From the NCBI GenBank assembly GCA_013202205.1, contig JABMSB010000028.1:19370-83369 (forward strand): a DNA stretch of 64,000 nucleotides. The letters run 5' to 3'. The translations under genes and the position numbers were made by a program. This document shows positions 50,338-59,626 of the stretch, in pieces; position 1 is the first letter of the stretch, and each line of letters opens with the position of its first letter. Under the pieces are notes generated by a model. It did not search any database, was not told where the DNA came from, and saw nothing but the letters and a program-made list of their open reading frames with translations. This stretch comes from Candidatus Omnitrophota bacterium. Lineage in GTDB: Bacteria; Omnitrophota; Gorgyraeia; JABMSB01.

Positions 50338-51207
50338 TTATTTGCTCTTAAAGAGATACATCTGATCGGACAGGGAAGCAAACTCCTCCAGGGAGAGTGT
50401 TTCGGGGCGCCTCTTCTCATCTATCTTGGCCGCTTTGAGGATCTCTCTTGCATCGCATTTTGACAATCCGAATGGGCCATCTTCAGAGAGCCCGTTTAAG
50501 AGTGTCTTGCGGCGGTGGCCAAAGGTCTTCCTGATGAGTGAGAAGAAGAGCGCTTCGTCTTGCGGGGATACTGATGGGGATTGGCAAGGTTTCAGCTCGA
50601 TGAAAGAAGATGTGACTTCGGGCTGCGGGAAGAAGACACCCTTGGGCACTGTAGCCAGTGATGAAACCTGCGCATGATACTGCGCAAAACAGGTTATGGC
50701 ACCCCTGTCTCGATGGCCGGGTTTGGCCATCAAACGCTGCGCGAGCTCTTTCTGTATAGTTATAAATATATTGCTGATCAGGTTTCGGTCTTCGGATTCA
50801 AAGAGATGTGTGATTATGGGTGTCGAGATGCGATACGGAAGGTTGCCGACTATCTTAAATTTATTGCCTGAGGCAACTTTTTTTAGATCTACGTCCAGAA
50901 TGTCTTTATTGATGTATATTACATTGTCCAGGTCTGACAGGAGCTCTTTGGCCGCTTCATGTAATGTTTTATCTACCTCAACCGTATAGACCTTCTTAGC
51001 AGAGGATGCCAGTAACCTCGTCAACGCGCCAAACCCGCCGCCTATCTCAAGGACCACATCATCTTTATTTATGCCGGCCAACTGTATCAATTTGCGGGCG
51101 GTCCGCTCCTCTATCAGAAAATTCTGCCCCAGTCTCCGTCGTGGTCGAATCCCGTAGCGCCTGATTAAATTCTTGGCTCTAAAGGAACTCTCTATCGCTT
51201 TCTCCAT
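50338..51207 (-). CDS. rsmA: 16S rRNA dimethyladenosine transferase
   Basis: LGQNFL, VLEIGGGFG, VGNLPY, QKE, RRKTL, RRPETLS. Confidence 0.94.
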   Translation of the reverse strand: MEKAIESSFRAKNLIRRYGIRPRRRLGQNFLIEERTARKLIQLAGINKDDVVLEIGGGFGALTRLLASSAKKVYTVEVDKTLHEAAKELLSDLDNVIYINKDILDVDLKKVASGNKFKIVGNLPYRISTPIITHLFESEDRNLISNIFITIQKELAQRLMAKPGHRDRGAITCFAQYHAQVSSLATVPKGVFFPQPEVTSSFIELKPCQSPSVSPQDEALFFSLIRKTFGHRRKTLLNGLSEDGPFGLSKCDAREILKAAKIDEKRRPETLSLEEFASLSDQMYLFKSK

Positions 51208-51227
51208 AATTATCTCTTTTATATTTT

Positions 51228-52181
51228 CTATCGTGACAATTGTGCGGCTAAGAAGATGGCCTCTTCCATAGAACCCGAATCGGCAACACCCTTACCGGCT
51301 ATATCGAATGCCGTACCATGGTCGGGAGAGGTCCTTGTAATGGGTAGGCCGAGAGTTATATTAACACCTCTATCTCTGGCTACCATCTTAAATGGAATAA
51401 GTGCCTGGTCATGATACATACATATGAGCGCATCATATCGACCTCTGTAACCATCATAAAAGACCGCTTCTGCAGAGAGCGGGCCCACAAGCCGCTTTAG
51501 GGATCTCTTTGCCCTCATGACTGCGGGGCGTATAATTCGTTTCTCCTCAATACCAATCTCACCACCCTCACCGCAATGCGGATTAAGCCCGCATACCGCA
51601 AGGCGCGGTTCTTTTATTCCAAAATGTCTCTTTAGAGATCGACCCGTCAAGACGATCGTCTCATATATATCTTTCTGATTCAATGACTTGACGGCCCTTG
51701 AGAGGCTCATATGCCTGGTTACAAGCGACACGCGAAGATTCCCTGCGGCCATCATCATAACGAACTTATCGACGCCAAACTCGCGCGCGAGGAGCTCTGT
51801 ATGGCCGACAAAGGCCTTATCGACGGACCGGATCGACTCCTTGCTTACAGGCGCCGTTACTATAGCATCTACGAGGCCTGCCTTTGCAAACTCTATTGCA
51901 AGCTTTACATATCGGAGAGCTGCTCTTGCGCACACCTTGTCTGTTTTTCCAAAAGAGAATTTTCTCGATCCGGCGTCGGCCAAATCGACCAAATAGATAT
52001 CCTTTGCAGAATAGTTCTTACATTTAAGTATTCGGGCGGCCCTGGTTAGGACTGAGCTATCGCCTATCAAAAGAAATTGCGCAGACTGCCTGATTCCCTT
52101 TTTGGCAATGGCCTTAAGGACTATCTCCGGCCCTATCCCTGCCGGATCCCCCATCGTAACCGCTATAACAGGCTTCCTCAT
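51228..52181 (-). CDS. pdxA: 4-hydroxythreonine-4-phosphate dehydrogenase
   Basis: TMGDPAGIGPE, GHTE, GLNPH, MYHDQ, RTSPDHGTA. Confidence 0.95.
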   Translation of the reverse strand: MRKPVIAVTMGDPAGIGPEIVLKAIAKKGIRQSAQFLLIGDSSVLTRAARILKCKNYSAKDIYLVDLADAGSRKFSFGKTDKVCARAALRYVKLAIEFAKAGLVDAIVTAPVSKESIRSVDKAFVGHTELLAREFGVDKFVMMMAAGNLRVSLVTRHMSLSRAVKSLNQKDIYETIVLTGRSLKRHFGIKEPRLAVCGLNPHCGEGGEIGIEEKRIIRPAVMRAKRSLKRLVGPLSAEAVFYDGYRGRYDALICMYHDQALIPFKMVARDRGVNITLGLPITRTSPDHGTAFDIAGKGVADSGSMEEAIFLAAQLSR

Positions 52182-52226
52182 CTTTCCCTTTCCCCCTCTG
52201 TCGCATATAAACTATAGTAGTTGTAA

Positions 52227-52270
52227 GTATTAAAAAGAAGAGTTCGCTCGCAAACTCTTCTTTTTAATAC
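52227..52270. terminator. 18-bp perfect inverted repeat, probable bidirectional terminator
   Basis: gtattaaaaagaagagtt-cgctcgca-aactcttctttttaatac, 14 bp after the SurA-like stop codon. Confidence 0.6.
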
Positions 52271-52284
52271 GTGTGTTTATGCTG

Positions 52285-53247
52285 CTACTTGTAGCTAATA
52301 TATGCGTCTTCTTTCAACTTATCGACCCACTTATTGAGTGCTGCCTCGATCTTCCCTCCGTAAACAACATTCTTTATCTTACCCTTGATTTCCTCAAGCG
52401 GAAGTACCCGCGCCTCTTCTATCTCTAAAAGCTTCAGTATGTGGTAGCCAAATCCCGTCTCTATTACATCTGAAATTTCGTTTGGTTTCAGCGCAAATGC
52501 CGCTTCATCCATCCGGGCCAAAAGCTGCCCCTCTTTTATAAAACCCATATCCCCACCATCTTTTGCGTGTGGACCGTCTGAAAGGCGTGACGCCGTCTTA
52601 CCAAAATCGGCGCCCTCCTTCAGCGAAACCGCGATCTCCTGCGCTCGAGCGCGTATCTGGTCGGGCTTCTCTCCCGGTTTCGGCTTTATAGTTATATTCG
52701 CTATGCGCCTCGACTCTCCGACCTTAAAGGTTTCGGGGCGATCATCGTAGTACTTTTGAATCTCTGTGGGGGAGACGGTGATCTTGCTGCTTACATTAAC
52801 CTCGACTGCCCTCTCTATCATCAGGCGGTCCCGTAAGTCGCTTTTGATCTCCGCTATCGTAGTATGCTCTGACAATAAGGCTGTCTCAAACTCCTCGTCT
52901 GAGGAAAACCTATTGCTGATCTCGCCAAATCTCCTCTCCATCTCTTGCTCATCTATCTCTATATTCTGTGCCTTCGCCACGCTTAAAATAAGCCTATCCA
53001 TGACAAGCGCATCCAATATCTTTTTGCGCGTCTTATCGAGTTGTTCATACAATTCGTCACCCTCATATATTTCCTTGTACTCCTGGTAGAAAGGCTGGAG
53101 CTTATTGTCTATTTCGCTCTGCGTAATCGGTTCATCATTTACAACCACTACGATCTTGTCGACCACGCCCGAAAAGACCTGGGAGAAGACCATGATCGAT
53201 AAAAAGAGGGTGAGTAGCGTAACTCTACAAAAAACCTTATTCTGCAT
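52285..53247 (-). CDS. SurA-like periplasmic chaperone / parvulin PPIase
   Basis: VVDKIVVVVNDEPIT SurA N-terminus; GGDMGF, ETGFGYHIL; upstream of pdxA-rsmA. Confidence 0.85.
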   Translation of the reverse strand: MQNKVFCRVTLLTLFLSIMVFSQVFSGVVDKIVVVVNDEPITQSEIDNKLQPFYQEYKEIYEGDELYEQLDKTRKKILDALVMDRLILSVAKAQNIEIDEQEMERRFGEISNRFSSDEEFETALLSEHTTIAEIKSDLRDRLMIERAVEVNVSSKITVSPTEIQKYYDDRPETFKVGESRRIANITIKPKPGEKPDQIRARAQEIAVSLKEGADFGKTASRLSDGPHAKDGGDMGFIKEGQLLARMDEAAFALKPNEISDVIETGFGYHILKLLEIEEARVLPLEEIKGKIKNVVYGGKIEAALNKWVDKLKEDAYISYK

Positions 53248-54127
53248 CAACATCTCCTTCAACCCCTTCCTCGTCATTCCTGCTCGACGCTAAGAGTTCT
53301 TCATTTATCTCGACCGCGATATCTTTTCTGAGTCTTTCGAATAACTGATCCATAAGCTGCGATCTCCTGATGCGATTTAACTCCTTCTCAATAGCGGCCC
53401 TTACTTCATCGAACGGTTTAATCCTCTCATCTTCGCGCCCTGTGAGTTTGATTATGTGGTAGCCAAATCTCGTCTTTACGATATCGCTAATCACCCCCGG
53501 CTCCAGCGCAAAACATGTCTTCTCGAATTCAGGGACGAGTTGCCCTTTTGAAAAATAGCCTATGTCGCCACCCCTCTCCTTTGTCGCATCAATCGAATTG
53601 GCCTTTGCCAGTTCATCAAAATCTCCACCTTCTGCCAGATCTGTCAGCAACTGGTTTGCCTCCTCCTCTGTCGAAACAAGGATATGCGAGGCCCTTAACC
53701 GCTCGGGTATCCTAAATTTATCCTGGTTTGCTTCATAATATGCCCATACCTCATCTTCTGTCAGGCTAAGCCTGTTATCAACCTCTTCTTGTAACAAACG
53801 GCCTACCATCACTTTCTTCTTTGCTTCGTCAAGAAGCCTCTTCACCTCCGCATCATTCTCTAGCCCCTTACGTTTAGCCTCAATATAGAGCAGGTCTTCT
53901 TTTATAATCTCCTGCAGGATCCGAACCTTGTCCTTCTTTGCAATCTCCTGCATGTAGGAGGGCATTCTATCTATCATGGCTTCAAATTGGTCGGGAGTTA
54001 TTACAATATCTCCTACCTTGGCTATATACGACGCCTTCTGCTCCGTCTTCTTAGCGCACGAGTTAACCGTGAATAAGATGGAGAGGCTGATAAGGATACA
54101 TATGAAGGTACTTGCTTTATTGCGCAT
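53237..54127 (-). CDS. Lipoprotein parvulin PPIase (PrsA-like)
   Basis: VNSC lipobox-like, RASHILV, GGDIGYF, FGYHIIK. Confidence 0.85.
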   Translation of the reverse strand: MRNKASTFICILISLSILFTVNSCAKKTEQKASYIAKVGDIVITPDQFEAMIDRMPSYMQEIAKKDKVRILQEIIKEDLLYIEAKRKGLENDAEVKRLLDEAKKKVMVGRLLQEEVDNRLSLTEDEVWAYYEANQDKFRIPERLRASHILVSTEEEANQLLTDLAEGGDFDELAKANSIDATKERGGDIGYFSKGQLVPEFEKTCFALEPGVISDIVKTRFGYHIIKLTGREDERIKPFDEVRAAIEKELNRIRRSQLMDQLFERLRKDIAVEINEELLASSRNDEEGVEGDVDAE

Positions 54128-54171
54128 TATTTACTCCTTATTATATGTAACACGTTAATATGACAGAGGAT

Positions 54172-54201
54172 AATATACCACAAAAAACCCACTTTCCGCA
54201 A
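54172..54201 (-). promoter_or_regulatory. Extended -10 promoter upstream of the PPIase genes
   Basis: TTGCGG-18 bp-TATATT preceded by TGG; AAGGAG RBS downstream. Confidence 0.5.
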
Positions 54202-54229
54202 GTCTTTATAATATGAGCAATCCACCTGT

Positions 54230-56149
54230 CTATTCTTCGCCCTTCAATGTCTTTACCGTATTTCGGAGCAATCGGCAATAGAGGTCGAACCCTATTGATT
54301 CGATGTACCCGTGCTGCTCATCACCGAGTATATTCCCGGCGCCGCGCAGCTCAAGGTCCTTCATGGCAAGCTTAAACCCTGAGCCAAGCGAAGCAAACTT
54401 CCTCATCGACTCAAGCCGCCTCTGGGCCTCTGCCGTTAGTGTCTCTATATTCGGGACGAGGAGGTATGCATAGGCATTCCGCTTAAAACGGCCTACCCTG
54501 CCGCGCAACTGGTAGAGATCTGCCAAACCAAAAGTATCGGCGCGGTCGATTATGATCGTATTCGCGTTTGGTATATCTATGCCGGATTCGACTATCGTGG
54601 TCGATACCAGAACGTCTATCTCCCCATCCATAAATTTCGACATGACCTTCTCAAGCGCGCGTTCAGGCATCTGTCCATGGCCGACAGCCAGCCTCGCCTT
54701 CGGCACAAGGGCAGCTACTTCGGCTGCCACCTTCTCTATCGTCTGCACACGGTTATGTATAAAATATATCTGTCCCTTCCTCTCAAGTTCCCGGCGTATA
54801 ACACGCCGTAGTAGTGACGGCTTATATTCGGCTATATGTGTCTCGATGGGAAGGCGTCCATACGGAGGTGTATTTATCGTCGACATATCGCGCGCGCCCA
54901 TAAGAGACAGGTAGAGGGTCCGGGGTATCGGCGTTGCGGTCAGAGTCAACACATCCGCCTGTAACCTCAGACTTTTTAGATGCTCCTTATTCTTGACCCC
55001 GAAGCGCTGCTCCTCGTCGATAATGACCAAACCTAAGTCCTTGAATGAAACGTCTTTCGAGAGAAGGCGGTGGGTACCTATAATGACATCGACCCTGCCA
55101 TCCGCGACTTCCTTTACTATAGCCATCTGCTCCGCCTTTGTCCTGAAACGGCTTAGCATTGCAATATTCACCGGAAATTCACGCAAGCGATGGGAGAATG
55201 TCTTATAATGCTGCTCGGCCAATATCGTGGTCGGGACGAGTATGGCTACCTGTCTATTGTCCATCACAGCTTTAAAGACGGCACGGAGCGCCACCTCGGT
55301 CTTTCCGTAGCCGACATCACCGCAGAGAAGCCTATCCATGGGCCTTGGTGATTCCATATCTTTTTTCATATCAGATACCGCTGTGACCTGGTCTTTTGTC
55401 TCCTTGTACGGAAAGGACTCCTCAAGCTGTTTTTGCCAATCAGAATCCTTTGAAAAAGCAAAACCACCCAAGAGCTCCCGCTTGGCCTGAAACTGCAACA
55501 ATTCGACTGCCAAATCGCTGATGCCCTTCTGCGCGCGGTGTTTTGCCTGCCGCCATAGCTTCCCGCCTAACCTATACAGGCGCGGGGGCCTCCTGTGCAA
55601 CCCAATATACTTTTGTATCTTATTAAGCTCCGCATAGGGCACGTAGAGCCTGTCACCGTCGGCATATTCAATCTCGACATGTTCTGTGACCTTTCCGGCC
55701 ACACTCATCTTCTTCATGCCTTTGAAGATGCCTATGCCATGATCGACATGGACGATGTGGTCACCCGGCTCCAAGTCTACAAAACTATCTATGGGAAAAT
55801 CTTCCGGAGAGGCTTCCTCGGCTTTAAGACGAAAAGCGCGAGATCCCTTAAGTGGCAGGAGTATAACTATATTGTGGTCTTCCAGATATTCGCCGGAGAC
55901 GAGATCAAATCCTCTTATGAGCCCTATCGTATCTACGTCGGTCTCGATGCGAAGTGGGGATTCGAACGTAAATGGAAAAATATCTATAATGCCGCCGCGC
56001 ATGGCAAAGTCACCCTCTTCGGCCACCTTCGCGCAGCGCCGGTACCCATAGTCACACAACCCCGCTGCAAGGGCGTCTCGATCGAGTGGCTCTCCCACAC
56101 ACAACCTTATCGACTCAAATATCTTCTTCTCTTTTTTTGATTTAACCAT
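54230..56149 (-). CDS. mfd: Transcription-repair coupling factor, shortened form (639 aa)
   Basis: MRGGIIDIFP (UvrB-like D2), HIVHVDHGIG (RID), GDVGYGKT, DEEQRFGV, TATPIPRT, QLRGRVGR, DLELRGAG; ends after GFDLYCRLL. Confidence 0.9.
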   Translation of the reverse strand: MVKSKKEKKIFESIRLCVGEPLDRDALAAGLCDYGYRRCAKVAEEGDFAMRGGIIDIFPFTFESPLRIETDVDTIGLIRGFDLVSGEYLEDHNIVILLPLKGSRAFRLKAEEASPEDFPIDSFVDLEPGDHIVHVDHGIGIFKGMKKMSVAGKVTEHVEIEYADGDRLYVPYAELNKIQKYIGLHRRPPRLYRLGGKLWRQAKHRAQKGISDLAVELLQFQAKRELLGGFAFSKDSDWQKQLEESFPYKETKDQVTAVSDMKKDMESPRPMDRLLCGDVGYGKTEVALRAVFKAVMDNRQVAILVPTTILAEQHYKTFSHRLREFPVNIAMLSRFRTKAEQMAIVKEVADGRVDVIIGTHRLLSKDVSFKDLGLVIIDEEQRFGVKNKEHLKSLRLQADVLTLTATPIPRTLYLSLMGARDMSTINTPPYGRLPIETHIAEYKPSLLRRVIRRELERKGQIYFIHNRVQTIEKVAAEVAALVPKARLAVGHGQMPERALEKVMSKFMDGEIDVLVSTTIVESGIDIPNANTIIIDRADTFGLADLYQLRGRVGRFKRNAYAYLLVPNIETLTAEAQRRLESMRKFASLGSGFKLAMKDLELRGAGNILGDEQHGYIESIGFDLYCRLLRNTVKTLKGEE

Positions 56150-56184
56150 ATTGGGTTGGGGTAATAATGATAGTCACTAAAGAA

Positions 56185-57876
56185 TTACATCTTAATCGGT
56201 GCGGTTACACCTAAGAGGCTCAGGCCATTGGCAATTACCATCCTTACACCTTCGACGAGGAGTAGCCTTGCCTTACTGAGTGAGGGCTCCTGGGAGACGG
56301 CCACCCTGTGTTTGGTGTAAAAACTGTGGAAGGTCTTGGCAAGGTCCATTAGATATGGTATCAGGCGATAGGGCTCAAGCGCCATCGCACTTGAAGCCAC
56401 TACCATGGGAAATTGGCTTATCGACTTAAGAAGATCTATCTCCTCCGCTTCTTTTAATAGCGCAGGGTCGGCCTTAGAACTCCTCTTTCCCTTCAATTCC
56501 TTCTTGGCATATTCTATGATCGAGGAGATCCTGGCGTGGGCATACTGTATATAATAGACGGGGTTCTCGGGCGACTGTTTCTTGGCCAGTTCCAGGTCAA
56601 AATCGAGGTGACTGTCGGTCTTGCGCATGATGAAGAAGAAACGGCACGCGTCTTTGCCAACCTCCTCCATTACCTGGCGCAATGTTACAAACTTACCCGC
56701 ACGCGTCGACATCGATATTGGCTCGCCCTTCTGGTAAAGCGTTACCAATTGTGATATCAGGATATCGAGCTGCCCATCTTCATATCCAAGCGCCTTCGTT
56801 GCAGCCTTAAGTCTGCCTATATATCCGTGGTGGTCAGGCCCCCATATATCAATAATCCGCTTGAAGCCGCGATTTCGCTTCTCCATGTGATAGGCGATAT
56901 CCGGCGCAAGATAGGTCAGCTCACCGCTCGACCGGACTACAACCCTGTCCTTATCATCTCCTAATTTCGTAGACGCGAACCACCTCGCGCCGTCAGCGTC
57001 ATATAACAATCCCTTCTCTTCTAATATCCTTAGAGCCTTCTCTATCTTGCCGCTTTTGCGAAGCGCCTTCTGGCTCGACCACACATCGAAATGTACGCCA
57101 AAGCTGTGGAGATCTTTCTTTATCTCCTTGAGGATAGCATTGAGGCCGTATTCTGAAAATATTTCTGAGGATTTGAATTTATCCTCTGTATATTTATTCT
57201 TGTATTTACGCGCGAATCCACGCGCCAGATCGACTATATAATCTCCTTTATAGCCATCCTTTGGAAAATCTGACTCAGACCCCTTGTCGAGGGCCTCCAT
57301 GTACCTGGCCCTTATGGAATCTCCCAGCAATCTTATCTGCAGCCCTTCATTGTTCAGATAATATTCTCTCGTTACCCGAAACCCTGAAAACTCCAGCAAC
57401 CTGGCGAGCGCATCGCCCACTGCTGCCTGGCGGCCATGGGCTATTGTCAGGGGACCTGTGGGATTGGCGCTGACAAATTCTATCTGCAGCTTCTTCTTTT
57501 GGCCAATCCGGCTGCTGCCATACTTCGCACCCTCTTTATGTACCTCCTTTAGGGTTTCGTGTAAAAATGTATCTCTAAACCAGAGATTTATGAAGCCGGG
57601 CTTACAGGCCTCCAACCGATCTATTACCGAGGATGCGGGATGCGAATTGAGGCGCTTCTTCGCCTCCTCCACAATTGACTCCGCGGTCATGTAGGGGGAT
57701 TTTTTAAAGGTCTTAGCTATCCTGAATGCGATATTTGTAGATAGGTCGCCGTGCGTTTTATCCTTGGGGGTCTCAAGATATATATCTGAAGCAGAGGGGC
57801 CAAGAGCGGGTTGGGCTATCGCTTTTGCCGATTCCAAAATTATAGAAATAATGTGGTTCTTCTTTTTGTGAAACAT
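56185..57876 (-). CDS. argS: Arginine--tRNA ligase
   Basis: HGDLSTN, PGFIN, EFVSANPTGPL..HGR, MSTRAG, YYIQYAHAR, APIKM. Confidence 0.96.
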   Translation of the reverse strand: MFHKKKNHIISIILESAKAIAQPALGPSASDIYLETPKDKTHGDLSTNIAFRIAKTFKKSPYMTAESIVEEAKKRLNSHPASSVIDRLEACKPGFINLWFRDTFLHETLKEVHKEGAKYGSSRIGQKKKLQIEFVSANPTGPLTIAHGRQAAVGDALARLLEFSGFRVTREYYLNNEGLQIRLLGDSIRARYMEALDKGSESDFPKDGYKGDYIVDLARGFARKYKNKYTEDKFKSSEIFSEYGLNAILKEIKKDLHSFGVHFDVWSSQKALRKSGKIEKALRILEEKGLLYDADGARWFASTKLGDDKDRVVVRSSGELTYLAPDIAYHMEKRNRGFKRIIDIWGPDHHGYIGRLKAATKALGYEDGQLDILISQLVTLYQKGEPISMSTRAGKFVTLRQVMEEVGKDACRFFFIMRKTDSHLDFDLELAKKQSPENPVYYIQYAHARISSIIEYAKKELKGKRSSKADPALLKEAEEIDLLKSISQFPMVVASSAMALEPYRLIPYLMDLAKTFHSFYTKHRVAVSQEPSLSKARLLLVEGVRMVIANGLSLLGVTAPIKM

Positions 57877-57911
57877 CCAATGGAAACAGCCTTATATAGG
57901 GAGTGAATTTA

Positions 57912-59018
57912 CTATTTCTGGCGCGCTAAGATCTTAAGGAATATATCGACGACTTCGGGATCGAATTGGGTGCCAGCACATCTCTTCAATTCAGCCCGTG
58001 CATCCTCATCTGATAATGCATTCCTATATACCCTCTTCGATACCATTGCCTCGTAGGCATCGGCGACCGCCAATATGCGAGCCTCTATGGAGATCTTCTT
58101 GCCTGTTGGCCCCTTCTCAGGATAACCGCGGCCATCATAATGGCGATGGTGATATAATACTGTGGGGATCAACCCATCGACAAGGCCTGCTTTCCTCAGG
58201 ATATCGGCACCAATTTCGGGGTGCTTCTTCACCTCTTCCCATTCTTCTTTGGTGAGCTTATCCGGCTTAGTCAGTATGGCATTATCCAACCCTATCTTCC
58301 CTATGTCATGCAGATAGCTTGCGTATCGCAAGATCTCTTTCTGTTGCTGCGATAACCCTATCTCATCGGCGATAGCCAGGGTGTAGCGCATTACGCGCTC
58401 CGAATGTTCCTCGGTGTAGTTGTCCTTGGCATCGAGCATACCGGCAAAGAGGCGCATAATCTTCAGGTGGTCTGTACGCGCGTAGAGGGCGAGCCTGGTA
58501 TCCTCTATTGCTATTGCGGCTTGATTGCCAAATAGCTGTAATATGTCCTTATCGTCTGCTCTAAAGGCATCGCCCTTATCGCTATATATGGAAAGAACTC
58601 CGACCAGCTTATCGCGCTCTATCATCGGGACCGACAACATAGAACGCCACCCCTTCTTCCTGGCAACTTCAGGATGGAGAAACTCCTTACACCGGGACAG
58701 GTCCTTTACTATACGCGCACGCTTTTTAAGGGCTACACCTCCTGCCACACCTTCCCCGACAGGTATATCTTTCATCAGTGGCGTCAGAGTCTTGTTCAGT
58801 GCCGATGTCGCTCTCAATTTTAAGACCCTATCTTTTTCATCAAAGAGGCGCAGGGTACAGAGCTTCGCTCCCAGGGCTGAGGCGACCTTGGTCGCTATCA
58901 TCTCCAGGACTTCATCTAAGTTCAGGGTCGACGTCATCGACTTACTGACCTGATAAAGCGCCTTTATGTCATTTAGATACTTCTTCAGTTTCTTTGACTT
59001 GCTTTCGCGGCGTATCAC
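57912..59018 (-). CDS. GAF plus HD-GYP domain protein (putative cyclic-dinucleotide phosphodiesterase)
   Basis: GAF (VGEGVAG, SMLSVPM, QAAIAIE); HSERV, LHDIGK, HHRHYDGRGYP, ARILAVAD, GTQFDP. Confidence 0.88.
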   Translation of the reverse strand: MIRRESKSKKLKKYLNDIKALYQVSKSMTSTLNLDEVLEMIATKVASALGAKLCTLRLFDEKDRVLKLRATSALNKTLTPLMKDIPVGEGVAGGVALKKRARIVKDLSRCKEFLHPEVARKKGWRSMLSVPMIERDKLVGVLSIYSDKGDAFRADDKDILQLFGNQAAIAIEDTRLALYARTDHLKIMRLFAGMLDAKDNYTEEHSERVMRYTLAIADEIGLSQQQKEILRYASYLHDIGKIGLDNAILTKPDKLTKEEWEEVKKHPEIGADILRKAGLVDGLIPTVLYHHRHYDGRGYPEKGPTGKKISIEARILAVADAYEAMVSKRVYRNALSDEDARAELKRCAGTQFDPEVVDIFLKILARQK

Positions 59019-59333
59019 CCCACAACCTCTCTAAATTGTAAAAGCCCCCGGTCGTGCCATAGAAGATGTGTACTATCACATCCCTGTAATCCAGCAAGAC
59101 CCATAGGGCTTCTCTCTCTTACCTTCCACATGAAAAGGAGCTTTATTATACTTATCAAGCTCCTCTGATATCCCATCGGCTATTGCCGAAACCCTTCGCG
59201 TGGAACTTCCATCACAAATTACAAAATAATTACAGATGTCAGAAATGCCGCGCATGTCCTGCACAAGAACATTTTCTGCCCGTCTTTCCGGCGCGGCGTC
59301 CGCAATGAGATCGGCCTTTTCCTTAGAGTCTAT
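58969..59333 (-). pseudogene. rsfS: Ribosome silencing factor RsfS, frameshifted
   Basis: One frame gives ..DMRGISDICNYFVICDGSSTRRVSAIAD..HVEGKRE; the shifted frame gives ALWVLLDYRDVIVHIF..FYNLERLWGD. Shift lies in the AG run at 59110-59120; near nadD as usual. Confidence 0.85.
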
Positions 59334-59392
59334 CTCGCCTTACGCTCCTTATCGAAATAGTTCCACCTGATAAGGGCGATAAAACGTGGCAA

Positions 59393-59533
59393 TTAGCCTT
59401 TCATTATTGAGTACATTCCTGTACCACAATCCGGGCACTTGCCCTTCATGGCTTTTCTGCCATTCTTCATCGTCACTTGCTTGCCATCCTGCATCTCTTT
59501 CTTGGCCTTACACTTCACACAATATGCTTGCAT
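59393..59533 (-). CDS. 46-aa basic zinc-ribbon microprotein (DUF5679-like)
   Basis: Below ORF-track cutoff. MQAYCVKCKAKKEMQDGKQVTMKNGRKAMKGKCPDCGTGMYSIMKG; AAGGGGG RBS. Confidence 0.85.
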   Translation of the reverse strand: MQAYCVKCKAKKEMQDGKQVTMKNGRKAMKGKCPDCGTGMYSIMKG

Positions 59534-59585
59534 TATGATACCCCCTTCTTTTTTTTCTTTCCCATTTTTAAAATTTGATGATGTT

Positions 59586-59615
59586 AGTTTATCATATACG
59601 CATTATACTTGTCAA
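59586..59615 (-). promoter_or_regulatory. Sigma70-type promoter of the zinc-ribbon gene
   Basis: TTGACA-18 bp-TAAACT with TGn extension. Confidence 0.65.
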
Positions 59616-59626
59616 GAGAATCGCGC

